Below, piece after piece: positions 51,880 through 64,000 of a stretch of 64,000 nt of DNA. The stretch covers positions 943,061 through 1,007,060 of the forward strand of contig MU058423.1 of the NCBI GenBank assembly GCA_013265495.1. The letters run 5' to 3'. The stretch comes from Vicugna vicugna. Its lineage: Eukaryota. Each line of letters begins with the position of its first letter. Position 1 is the stretch's first letter. The translations under genes and the position numbers were made by a program. Under the pieces are notes generated by a model that searched no databases, had not been told where the DNA came from, and worked only from the letters and a program-made list of their open reading frames with translations.

Positions 51880-52775
51880 TCTTCCTATTAATTCCAGACT
51901 CATATCCAACCACCTATGGTATGACCTGAGAATCTGACATGCTTCTCACACTTAGTATGTTCAAAATTGAACCCTTGACCCCTCCGTATGCCCCTTCCAA
52001 ACCGGCTCCTGTCATATCTGCACTATCTTGATTATTGGCCCAAGATCTTGGAGTCATCTTTCCCCCCTCTCTTTTTCTGACTCTACGTTGTCAGCAAATC
52101 CTGTTGGCTCCACTATCACACTTGATAATTTGGCCTCCTGACTGCACTCTCTGCTTCCATCCTTGCCCCTCTACAGGCTACTCTCAAATCAGCTGCCAGA
52201 GCACTCCTGACGGCACGCTGAGTCAGGGCATGTTACACCCCTTGCTGAAGTCCCTTCCTTGGAGCCCCCTCAATAAATGCTTTAGGAAATCTGCCCCCCC
52301 ACCCAATGCCGCTACCTCTGTCATCTCCTACCACTCTCTCCACCTCCCCCGCCCCGGCCACACTGGCCTCCTTGCTAACCCTCCACTGTGCCAGGCACAT
52401 GTCCACCTTATGGCACCTGGAGACCCTTCTCACTGCATGGAAGGCCATTCATTCCCCCAGGCAGGTATACGGGCTGCACATTTCAAATATTTATGCAAAG
52501 AGTGACTTCAGTGAGACCTAAACCTTGACCCACTACCACCACATTCCCTCTACTCAGCATTCCCTTTCCACTGCGTAACTCTTCTCCATAGTACTCATCA
52601 CACACACACACACACACACACTCACACACTCTCACACACACAAACACACCTCTTACCACCTGCCAGAAACTCCAGGAGGGAAGGGATTTTGGTTTGTATT
52701 GTTCCCTGATGTATCCCCAACATGCAGACCAGCACCTGGCACACAGCAGAGGCACAATACACAACTGACAGCCCA
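51880..52775. mobile_element. L2 LINE remnant containing a (CA)n tract at ~52598-52650
   Basis: ccagactcatatccaacc...cttagtatgttcaaaattgaac...cttggagtcatc...ccacactggcctccttgct...ttgttccctgatgtatcccca...cctggcacacagcag. Confidence 0.8.
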
Positions 52776-52909
52776 TACGGATCACGCCTTGTTCTGCTCT
52801 GTATGCGCCACATGAACTTTTACATGGTTAGAAGGAGGCACGAGAACTTGCTTTTGGTTAAGCTTAAAAAAATATATTGAAAACAACAGCTCAAAATAAA
52901 GAGTCACAT

Positions 52910-55900
52910 CACTGCTTAAAATGGGAAGGTTTATTAAGGTTTTTCCTCAAAAGGAACAGCCAAGCCCATGCTTCTCAAGAGAAGCAGTTAGCAGGAAAGG
53001 GATGTCACACCTTGGGCCCGGAACCACAGAAAGCTTCTTAGCAAGCCAAAGCACTTGCACCCCCCGGTCCACTGTTACAGCTCTTGCTGGCGTCTGCAGA
53101 ACAGAATCCACGCTGCCCTCCCAGAAAGCAGAACTAGGCACCCGGCTCAAAGTCTCCAGCTGTTCTTAACAGGAATATTTAAGCAAGACACGGCATTGAA
53201 TAAGTGGACTGCACATTTAGCACACCCAAGATGAAGCTACAGTAAGTAAAATTCATGTTCAGTGCAATGTCTGTACTACATTTTCAAGAATAACCTGCAT
53301 TTTTTACATTTTTGGGGAACAGAAATGCTAAAAGCTGGGTGGTTAGACTGTCTCAAAGCTCACATTCATTTCCTTCCCTGCAAGATGGGCTCTTTCCAGA
53401 TCCTGGACAAGGACCCAAATCACTCTGCCCTTTTAGGTTTGGAGCTGAGTCAAGAGGGCCTATTTTAACACACATTTAAGTAGCACCTCAAATACGTATA
53501 AGACCCAAATAAAACAAAAGGTTATTTTACAAGTTGTTTTCCTCCCCCAAATAGCTGACAGTTTCCCCACACACACATTTATGAGTTCATTTACTGTCTC
53601 CTAACATTCTACTGTGATTGCTCAGTAAGGAAAATACTGAGGCAATCTTTATTTCTTTCTGTCTCTCAGTCCTGAAAACCAAAAATCAGATACATGAACT
53701 GACAAATATATGTGTACTTATGAGGATAATGAGACAAAATATTTGAAGTTGGGAAGGTCCAGAAAATGCAGAATGTTCATATGTGGAGAAAAACAGCTCG
53801 AGACCAAGTAACCTGTTTTAATAAAGTCAGTAATAAAATAAAGATCAGGTCTTCCCAAGGATCAGCTTTTCCCAAGTACATGCTAACTTCACAGCAGCAC
53901 ATTGTTCCACTGAGGAGTAAAAGGCGGCCAGTCATGATGGCAGATCACGGTACCAGAGATCAGTTCAAAGTTGTAGGCGAAGAGAATAACACACCAATAT
54001 CCATCTTCTCTAAACATTCCTAAGAGAACTTACCCTGTGGCCACAGTTCAATAAATGACAATATTATTCATCGTTTTTTATGAATTTCTTGTATCTTCCC
54101 TGCCCAATTAAACTGCAAACTCTTGAGGGAAGGCCTTTACGCCTCTTTGTGAGGCATGCAGTGTTTATAGAATAGAGCGTTTGAATATATAAACTCCAGG
54201 CTTGACAAGTGTTAACTGATGCTGAAGCTCCCCCTGGTGGAGGGTAAAATGACAGATTACGCATTTACTGTTTCTAAAACTAAGACTGTCTGGGGGCACT
54301 ACTAAGCCATTAAAGTTCTTTGCATTCTAGCGAGAAAAAGCAAACTATCAACTGTGACATCCTTTAACTTATATATTACTCATGTAGCCAAAGTCATTAC
54401 ACTTTAAATATCCACAAATACTCAAACGGTGTCAGTTCTTGAATATTTATCATTTGAGGTTCAGATAATATCCTTAAGGACTTTTTTTTCTGCTACAAGT
54501 AAACATCTTGTTTTCAGGTACCTTCTGCTCTGGAACCAAGACTAAGGACTTCATGCAGGGACAGTGCGAAAGTGCACCTACCTCACTTTCTAACAGGACA
54601 CCTTTCCTTTGCTCAGCAATGAGACGGCGATGCCTATCTCTGATTTCAGCTGACCCTGCTCTGCATACCACGGTGTACCACAAGGGCAGCTTTCCTCACA
54701 TTTCTGTTTATCCCAAGTGGACTGTGTAACAAAGATGTGACAAAGAAGTCCAGAACCTTTCTGATCATGTTCAGAAATAGAGGACACTGAGCTTATCTAC
54801 GCCTCTGGTCAAGCAGATTGTAACTTGGGAGTTATTTAAAATAATTCCTAATTAATCTCGCAAATAATTAGACAATCTATGTAACAGGTAATATTTAGAA
54901 ATGTTTACTCCTTTATGAGATGTTTATCTATGATTTTTAAGTCCAAAGGAAATTTGAGAGGTGGGTTCTAAATCAGAATGACTTAAGAGGACCTTAAAAT
55001 TTGCCACCCTGACCTGCACTGGCCCTAATGCTTCATTTATTTGTTTTTTTTAATTTATTGCATTTATTAGATTTTTGGCCCCTCAATCCCAGACATATGT
55101 ATAACTGGATCAGTAGAAGGTAAGTATTAGGTAACTAAGTTTATTAGAAACTTACAAGAATACAATTTTCAAAAAAAAATTTTTTTTTTTTTTTTTACAA
55201 TATTACAACATTTTCTCAGGTTGGTCAGAGCTTGCTTACGCTTGAAATCTGATCTTTAAATTTCAATTTGGTAACTGATGGGGCTGACCACACTCCTGGA
55301 AAGTCTCAGCAAAGGCATGAACACTACTTCACACCTAGCTGCAATGAGACAGCATCAAGATCCCTGAGTGATGATTTAGACTTTCTAGGACTGGTCTCCT
55401 CCTCAATATTCGGGGACAAGGCACAGGGTTTTCTTGCTTGTTTCTTCCCTTTTCCAGCACTTAACCGGCTAACAAGCTGTGCTGCTCAACCCCTCTGGTG
55501 TACAGAAGTCAGATCACCCTAGGTCCATTTCCTATTTATGCTCCACCTTCTGTAAAAAATGGAAAAAAAAATTGGGAAGGAAAAGCACCACTACCTAGCC
55601 AGCTGCAAGATTTAACTTAGCAATCTTTCCCACACTACGACCACTATACTACATACAGAGTTGAAGAAAAAGCAACTGACACATACTTCATATGCTTTTT
55701 CACTTTCACCCACTTCTCTCAGAGTCTTCAATCTATTATAAAGCAAATTTGAAAATTTTTTACATAACATTTCATTGGTGGACTTATACTCAACAAATTA
55801 ACAATGGCAAAAGGATTCTCTTGATGAAATTACAAGCTGTAGAACATTTGAAATAGTAAAAGTTAAACCCTGATACAGTATTAAACTTATCTTTTTACAT

Positions 55901-56886
55901 ATAAAAATAATACACAGTGGGATATTTTATTCAATAAGATACAATCTTCAAGAGAGAATATACAAAACTATTGTATGTAGGCTGATGTATTTTACTGTAT
56001 AATAGGAATAAATATATCTAGAAGAGAAAGTGCGAGGTCTGTTCGTAGAGAAATCACCATTTACTTAGGGGTTTAAAGCCAAGTGTTCTGCAGGTACCAG
56101 CCAGAAAGGAGCTATTGCTGCATTTAAATGATGTGATCATTATAAAATGAAGGCCTTAAATCTATAAACAATAACAAAAACACACAAACCAAATGAAAAT
56201 GTACTAAAATTTAATCATCCATAAAAGCTGTAATTTAATCTGACAGTAAAACACAAGAAGCAATATTAGAGTTGGTTTAGTATATTATATATTTTAGCTT
56301 TGAAAGCCATAGAAATTGGTTATCCCAGTTTTTTCCCTATAAAAGACCCATTTTTCCAAAGCATTATGCACAAACAATTTTAATTAGATATAATGACAGA
56401 ATGATACTTCATAATTTTTTAAATATAAAATGAAGTCAATGACTCAAAAAAGTTATCCGCTGCAATGAGTTGAGGGGAAATTTCATCATCTATATCATTA
56501 CAGATATAAAGTGTAATGGTTCACCTTTTTAGTGCTTGACAGGGCGGAATCATGATAAAAAGGTCAATATGAAATCATTTGATTATAGTAGCAATATCTA
56601 ACATTTGAAATGCATCCATGCTCTTTTGTATAATCATATTAGAGTCAAGTATATTTATTTTCACATCTGTTATAACTGCTATTGCAAAGGAGAAATACTA
56701 TTGTCTTATTTTTCCAAGAGATATACACAGAGCAATTTTTTTTTCTCCAGGGAAGTTGTGCAAACCAATATAAGATCTAAATTCTTCATATAATATATAA
56801 AACAGGAGAAGCCTCTTCAGATTTATTTTTTGAAGTCTGGAATGCTGGCACTTTCCAATTAGGCAACAGTTCTTCATTCCTGTAAT
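52910..56886 (-). other. RAP1A: RAP1A non-coding terminal exon (3'UTR) with several candidate poly(A) sites
   Basis: Acceptor ttctag|ATTACAGGAATGAAGAACTGTTGCC at 56886 matches my recollection of the RAP1A mRNA. Minus-strand AATAAA at 55926-55931, 55140-55145 and 52930-52935. The distal end is inferred. Confidence 0.75.
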
Positions 56887-58729
56887 CTAGAACATTGAAT
56901 AGATACAGATACATATTTACATACGGTTAATCTTCTGATGTCAGAAGATGACAGTAAGTAAGCAGATATCCAAAAATACAGAAAGAAACAATGGTTTTGG
57001 CTGATTGTAACTAGAGAGCTAAATTAAAATGATACAGTAACAAGGCTATTTTAAACTCCCTTAAAAAATGTTTCAAAAATAGTTTTATTGTACTCAAGTG
57101 TTTCACAATATATCTGGCAGTCCTGTCTGTAAAGAGGAAAACGGTAATTATATTATTTCTACCCCATTATCATCTTATTTTTAAAAGTTCCTTTTCCATT
57201 AAGGAAACAACTCCTTCCTGCATAAACTTTCCATGAGAAATTCTTTATTCAGCCGTTTTATGACTGTATATATATATATATCAGGATACCACTTCCAATT
57301 CAGGCTAGGACAAGAAGAGACGACACAAAAAGAGCTGATCCCCATTTTCAAGGGCAGAAAACTCTAAGTTTTAATGCTCAACAGAAAAGAATTAGGTTAA
57401 AGGAAGAACTTCCTGAAGATGAATTTGTTTCCTCAGTTTTAAAAAAGGGGGTCATATTAGAAAGAGATTAATGTGTTTCAATATAATTTTGCCTAAATGC
57501 TAAGACTAGATAAGCTTTCCCTTAAAGTCCACATACTCTTACTAACAATGTTCATAGTTGCTATTTAATTTTACCCCAAATCTCGGTACCTTTTAAATGG
57601 GATCAACATGGTACTTCAAGTCTATAATCACAAATAAATACGCTGCAAAGTATTCTGATTACTAAGTGACCCACTAATTGGTATAACCAAATATCCACAG
57701 AGATCTCTGGTAACATACATACTCTGTACATACACTCTGGTAACTTATATACTATAAACTGAATTACATATCAGAGCCTAAGAATTTATGTGTCCAAGAT
57801 GGAACTCTTATCTGCAGATCTGGGTCAAGATCTTGCTCCCTAAGGTAAAACTCATAGTAGTACAGTGTAGGGTTGAATATGAATGAATTTTCACAACAGG
57901 CCAGGAGATGGCACCTTTTCCTTTAAACGTAAGCTAAAAGGATATTTTCTGAGAACTGGAAATTCAACTAGGGTCAGTTAAGATAAGGATAAGAATGAGC
58001 CAGTCAACTAACTATAAAAGAGTTAAATAATGTATTTCAGAACAGGAATTGAAGTTCTCATCTTTTTAAACCTTCCTACGCTTACCTAAAGAAACAAAAA
58101 TACCAGCAATTTTAACAATAATCACTTTCAGGGAGCTGGTGATTTAAAGTTATTGACTCAAGATTTCACTAAAAGCCTGAAGGAACCATTTGGCCAGAAA
58201 GCTGTTTTTCCTAAGTCTGAGTACCAGAGGTAATCTGTGCCCTTTTTCTCCTTTCTGTCTGTTTTCCCTCTACCTTCATTTCAAAAGAGGGTACAATTAC
58301 TCAGTTGTTTCCCTGAAGAGAGAGATTCATTCATATCTCTAAGGAAGCACGTATTAGTTTATTTGGTGCTCTGGAAGAGGTAATCTACTAAATGGACCCC
58401 AGAGACTTACAAGAGTTAGCACAACTAGCTCTCAAGTGGGGAGCAACTGACTTTCCTTTAAACGGACCAAGTTTAGTAATAGTCCCATAATTAGTATCAA
58501 ATTACATCATAAACCTACTCTATGAAAATATTCTTTTATGGTAATGTTTATAGAGTTGATGAATATAAGTAGAAACCATTCAGGGGATTTAAACATATAA
58601 TTAAAGAAAAACAAACAAATGGTCCCACATGACCTGGTTTCTCACTTGATAGGCAGCTTCAATGTGGCCACTAATTTCTCTCCAATGGGTTCACTTAATG
58701 AAAACTTAAGTGGTACTTAATGTCAACTA

Positions 58730-59385
58730 CTACTCGGAGACCTACAGAAGAAACATTTGAAAGAAGTCAATCCATTCCTGAGAAGAAATGATTAGCAGAA
58801 CTGCATTGACAAAACACCACACATCCAGCGGCGTGGTTCAAGTTAAAAAGACTGACAATACCAAGTATGGGGAGGACGTGGAATTCATAAGCTGCTGATA
58901 GGTGTGTAAACTGGCACAACTACTTTGACAAAGAAAAACTTCTCAGCAGTATCTACTAAAGCTAACCATATACACAGTGTATTACTGGCCACTCCATTCC
59001 TGCATATACACACCAAACAAAAGCGTGCACACGCACCTAAAGGCTTGTTCAGGAATGTGCACAGGAATCATGTTAGTTCCTGAGAAGTCCTCACATGTCC
59101 ATCAATAGCAGAATGCAGAAATTATATTGCAACTATACTCATACAATAAAGATGAACTATTACTATATGCAACAAAGATAATTCTCAAAAACATTTCTGA
59201 GTGAAAGAAGGCAGACAGAAAATAACACATTACATGTTTTTGTTTCTGTTAAATTCAAAGAGAGGCAAAACTAATCCATCATGTCAGGAATCAGGGCTGG
59301 GATTACATTTGAGGAGGAATGCCTATTACTGATATATATGGATGTGCTCACTTTGAAATAATTCATCAAATGCTTTCTCTTTTTT
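58730..59385 (+). mobile_element. Ancient L1 (L1ME-type) 3' fragment
   Basis: aaaaagactgacaataccaagt...gctgctgataggtgtgtaaactggcacaactactttg...gcagtatctactaaagct...gagtgaaagaaggcagacag...aggcaaaactaatc. Confidence 0.8.
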
Positions 59386-59749
59386 TTTGTTTTTTCAGGT
59401 GAACCAGTGTTCCACTTCAATTCAGCATAAATTTGGGTGTGACCTTGGAAGCCTTTCTATTCACTCAACCACTATTTTTTGAACACCCATTCTATACCAG
59501 GCACTGGGAACATACTGGTGAGCAAAACAAATGTGGTCCTTGCCCTCCCTCATACAGCTTAGACGCCAATGGGGAAAGAGACAAATTATCCAACAGATGA
59601 ACATGTCTACAAATTACAGAAGCCTGGAAATACCCTAATAGCTGAAATGGGAAGTGGTTAATGGGGAAAGCCCAAAGTAAGAGGATGAGAAAGGCATCTG
59701 TTCCGCTTTTAGCATCTCACCTGGCTCAGAGCTGCTGCTTACTGCGGGT

Positions 59750-59836
59750 CTAAAGCAGCAGACATGATTTCTTTTTAGGCTTCTTCTTTTCCACTGGTGT
59801 TTTCCTATTTATCTGTCTGACCAGGTCATAAAATAT
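59750..59836 (-). CDS. RAP1A: RAP1A last coding exon: IFYDLVRQINRKTPVEKKKPKKKSCLLL* (polybasic region plus CAAX, geranylgeranylation)
   Basis: Read manually (not in the ORF track). Acceptor ttttatttag| at 59837-38; TAG at 59750-52; the exon continues 29 nt to the CAG|GTGAGA donor at 59721. Upstream exons are outside the window. Confidence 0.97.
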   Translation of the reverse strand: MFYDLVRQINRKTPVEKKKPKKKSCLLL

Positions 59837-60154
59837 CTAAATAAAAACAAGAAAAAAATTACTCATTCGACCAATATTTGAGACCCTGTTCCATGAACAG
59901 TCTTGGTTTTGTTAAATATTATTCTGCTCCTGGAACTGTATGTTGCCGCTTTAACAGATTTCTTAGAAGCCCCAGCTGACTTTCAGTCAGGGTAAAGCAG
60001 CACCTGTGTATTTACAATGTGGGAAATGCGCTTGCTCTTAGATATTCAGTAACAAATTAATGAATAGAATTAGTAGTGAAAAATAAGGTAGTGAAGTTAT
60101 ATTCTTCATGGAATCTTCTGTGCTTCAAAACTTAATTATTAACTTAAATCTTCA

Positions 60155-60770
60155 TAGTGGCTTTATTTTTTCAAAAATTACAAACATACAGAAAAGGCAC
60201 GAAAATAGTACCAAGAATTCATGCATATTCTTCACCATATTCACCAGTCAGTAACATCTTGCCAAGTGTACCTTATCTTTTCTCTCTCTCTTCTTTCTCT
60301 CTCTTTCTTTTCTAAACCATTTGCAAGTAGTCTGCATGCCAGAGGTCCTTTAAGAGTTGAGTGTGTATTTCTTAAGAACAAGGATATTCTCTTATATAAC
60401 CACATCAGTTATCACATTCAAAACATTTAAGCACTGTTTCATTACTTTGTATTATCTACAATGCAAATTCCAATTTTTCAACTCCCCCAAAAGGAGCTAT
60501 CCAAGATCACACAGTGCATTTAATTTGTTGTCACTTTAATCTTTTAAAATCTGGAACAGTTCCTCCACCTTTTTCTTTCACGACATTGTTGTTTCTGAAA
60601 AAATACTGGCTAGTAACTTTCAATCTGGGTTTGTCTGATGTTTCCTCATGATCAGATTCATGTTATGCATTTTTAGCTGGAAAAGGACAAAAGAGATATT
60701 GTGTTCCTTTCAAGGTATCACATGAAAAAGCATATGATTTTTGTGATGTTAATTTTAGTTAAAGTGACAA
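60155..60770 (-). mobile_element. Ancient L1 (L1MC/ME-type) 3' fragment
   Basis: caaacatacagaaaag...gtatttcttaagaacaaggatattctcttatataaccac...aatctggaacagttcc...ggtttgtctgatgtttcctcatgatcagattca. Confidence 0.75.
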
Positions 60771-61499
60771 ATAGAAAAAGTTTGTGACTACTAATTTAAA
60801 GTGACAATATCTGTTAATAAATTTTTTAGATTCATTTTAGATGAAAAATGCAAGGTGTCAAGGACAAAAATACAATACCACTTATTTCACAGAAGTAGGT
60901 TATTTCAATTCTCTTATGTTTATATCATATATACACATGACTTACAGAATTAATAAGTATGCCAAAGTGTTGCAACATGAAACAGATCAGCTAAATTTAC
61001 TTCTTTGTTATGAAATGCAAACACTCATTTACTAATGACCTGGGATAGAAACAAATATCACAGAAGCTCTATTACCCATCTGTAATAAACAGTGCTCTGT
61101 GGAAGTGTTTCAAAATGTCCTAGCTTTTAGGGGCATTATATGCAAAATGTCAATACGCACTGAATATATACTATGTCAATATCTATTTTCTTGATTTTAA
61201 TGATTGTGCTGCGGTTGTGTAAAAGAATGTCTTTGATCTAAAAGTACACACACTAATATATTTAGGAGTAAAGTAGAGTGATATGCAAACATATGTGGCA
61301 AATTTTAATAGCTGGTGAATCTGGAGAAAGGGTAAACAGAAATTCTTTTTATTGTTCTTGTATCTTTCCAGAAAGTTTTGAAAGTAAAATATTTTAAAAA
61401 TTATTGGTTATATGTCAATAAAAAATTATTAGTCTATATTTCTGAAGATGGTACTCAGATAAAACAACTTCTATTTACCTTTTTTTCAAAAATGGTCCT

Positions 61500-62240
61500 A
61501 AGCTGATAAGGGATTACTAGCCAACAAATACAAACAGCTCACACAACTCAGCATCAAAAAAACCAAATAATCTGATTTAATAATGGGCAGAAGAACTGAA
61601 CATTTTTCCAAAGAGGAAATGTACATGAAACGATGCTCAACATCACTAATTATCAGGGAAATGCAAATAAAAATCACAATGAGATATCACCTCACATCTG
61701 TCAGAATAGCTATCACCAAAAAGAATATAAATAACAAATGTTGGCAAGGATATGGAGAAAAGGGAACCCTTGCACACTATTGGTGGGAATGTGAATTGGT
61801 CTCGCCACTGTGGAAAACAATATGGAGATTTCTTAAAAAACTAAAAACAGAACTACCATATGACCTAGCAATTCCACTCCTGGGTATATATCTGAAAACA
61901 AAACAAAACAAAAAAAACTCCTACTAATTAAAAAAAGGAAATGTACCCCAATGTTCATAGCAGCATTATTTACAATTGCCAAGGTATGGAGGCAACCTAA
62001 GTGTCCATCAACAAAGGAATGGATAAAGAAGTTGTAATACAGGGGCAGAGGACTAAGAGATTCAAACTATTAGGTATAAAATAATCTACAAGAATACATT
62101 CTACAACACAGGGAATATAGCCAATATTTTATAATAAATATAAATGGAGAATAACCTTTAAAAATTGTGGATTTTTACTGTACACCTGTAACTTGCATAA
62201 TATTATACAGTAACTATTACTTCAATTAAAAATAATAATC
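61500..62240 (+). mobile_element. 5'-truncated L1 (ORF2 C-terminus plus 3'UTR), antisense to RAP1A
   Basis: ORF 61583-61927 gives [24 protein letters not shown]...[18 protein letters not shown]...[27 protein letters not shown] (L1 ORF2 Cys-rich end), followed by an L1 3'UTR and an A-rich tail. Confidence 0.95.
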
Positions 62241-64000
62241 CTAAACTTACAAGGCTAAATTAATTGTTGGGGGGGGTGACCCACCAAAGCTAAAAAAGTG
62301 ATTCATTTATATTTTCTTTTTCATCCATCCTCCCTACTCACTGCCTTCAAACCATTCAACTCTATTATTTTATTTCTAAGAAGGTTGAAAACACAGAATT
62401 TATGAACAAATGGTAATTTCTGTTTCACAACTCAAAGCCCTTCAATAACTTAATATGCATAAGGCACAAACAGAATCTCATTAGTTTCCTAGCCTCAATG
62501 CATAAGCTATAAAATGAAAAGTAACAAAAGGACAGACTAACACAGTAAATTAATCAAAACGACATGTTTCTTCATGCTAGCAAGTTTGGGTTTCTGGTAT
62601 TACACAAAATGGTAACTGGTTTTGTGGTATGTCCTCAAGGATTTCTTTGGCAAACAGTGCCTACCTCACAGCAGCAGCTGGTTCAGTGATGAGGGCAAGT
62701 TCGAACTATAGTTATTTGGTTAAATATAAAGTCCTCAGCCTAGGTTCTTCCTCATCTCTCTGAACTACAGAAAAATCTAAAGGGAACACAGAATAATTTC
62801 TCAATCTGTCATTCCTTAATTGGGATGTCCTGATTTCAATTATTATTCCAGCATCAGCAAAGAATAATTAATTCTTGATTACGAGTGATGTGATTTTGAT
62901 ACAGTTACATACTACTTTCAGAACACAGCACAAATGGTGTGAACAGGAATTTTTTTTAAAGTTTTAAATATATATATATTTTCTGATATAAATATATATA
63001 TATATTCTCTGATATAAATAGTAGAGAATTAGAGGGCAGTTTAGTTAAGCAGTATGTCCCTGCATGATTTCAAATTTGAGTCCAAGAGTCGAATCGTATA
63101 AAAGTATGCTTTCTCTATCTTCACACACTCAGACATCACACACATATTTTTAAAGCATTAGCTGTCTGAGGAACTATTAACTACCCCAAAAACTCTGCAG
63201 CTGGATTATCAGGCTATAAAGAGAGAAATGTGATAAGAAACAAATTATTACACTCTCAAGAATTTCTAGCATAAAGTTAGTATGTTTTCCAAAAGAGTCA
63301 AGATCTTTAAGTAGCTAGAGTATTTCATTTTATTGTATTTTTTCTATTTTTGTTTTTATAAACTTTTATGTCAAGAGTTGACTTTAACAAGGCTATTGTG
63401 AATAAGTAGCTCTGCTGCACTGGAAACTGAAATCCAGTGGGAGTTTTAGTAGCATGTAAGTTCCCACAAATACGTAATGCTTAACAATATGTAAATTCAT
63501 TAAATACATAAAGGTAAGGAACACCTTCTGTCCATTGTATTCACTGGGCCCTGGCCCAACCCAGCGCCAGCTGAGCCCTATGAACTTGGTAGGTGGGCAC
63601 TAGTGAGGGTGACAACAAGGACAGGAAGGAACTAGATCTCTAACAACCATTCTGAAGATGGTGACCTTGCACTACTGTTCCCCTGGCCAACTCATTCATT
63701 AATACTAATGTGTTTTACCTCAAAGTTAACTCTCTCTTTTTTTTGGGGGGTGGGGTGGGTGGGTGGTAAGACTGTACCAAAAATTAAAATTTTACGATTA
63801 GTTATGTTTTTCAAAACAACATCTATGAAACTGTCCACCAAAAAGAAAGTTGAAACTAGAAGCATTTCATATTTCCTTTTATTTACTTGGCAGTGAATAA
63901 GAAATAAGTACTCTTGAGGATCTCAGCAGGACTTGTTCCCTATTAGGATGCACACTTTTTTAGAGAAGCAATAGTATCTGTCCAGGTAACTGTTACCCTG

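Noticed and set aside
61583..61927. 114-aa ORF as a host gene
   Set aside because: It is an L1 ORF2 remnant.

Overview
Mammalian (non-primate, non-rodent; probably laurasiatherian) genomic DNA, syntenic with the human 1p13.2 block in reverse orientation: KCND3 3'UTR (+, ~1-5100) | DDX20/Gemin3 (-, complete 11-exon CDS 8743-18473, 825 aa, all introns GT-AG and phase-consistent) | INKA2/FAM212B (+, two coding exons 32029-32085 and 42435-43277, 299 aa) | RAP1A 3' end (-, last coding exon 59750-59836 plus non-coding terminal exon). The remainder is CpG-island promoters, candidate enhancers and old repeats (MIR, L2, L1M, MLT1, a Tigger2-type MITE). There are no prokaryotic features, CRISPR arrays, rRNA or tRNA genes, and most ORFs in the supplied track are noise. 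I found no wholly new biological system that the sequence alone can prove. The best leads are: (i) a FUBP/PSI-like YxxAWxEYY motif in the DDX20 tail; (ii) two substitutions at otherwise conserved iBox positions of INKA2; (iii) a candidate unannotated spliced + strand transcript at 49.1-50.1 kb; (iv) an INKA2 start region with an overlapping uORF and a possible alternative first exon from the DDX20 promoter; (v) a candidate short alternative terminal exon of RAP1A; (vi) a perfect 19-bp palindrome containing a DUX-type site. Orthologue comparisons are from memory, not from alignment.
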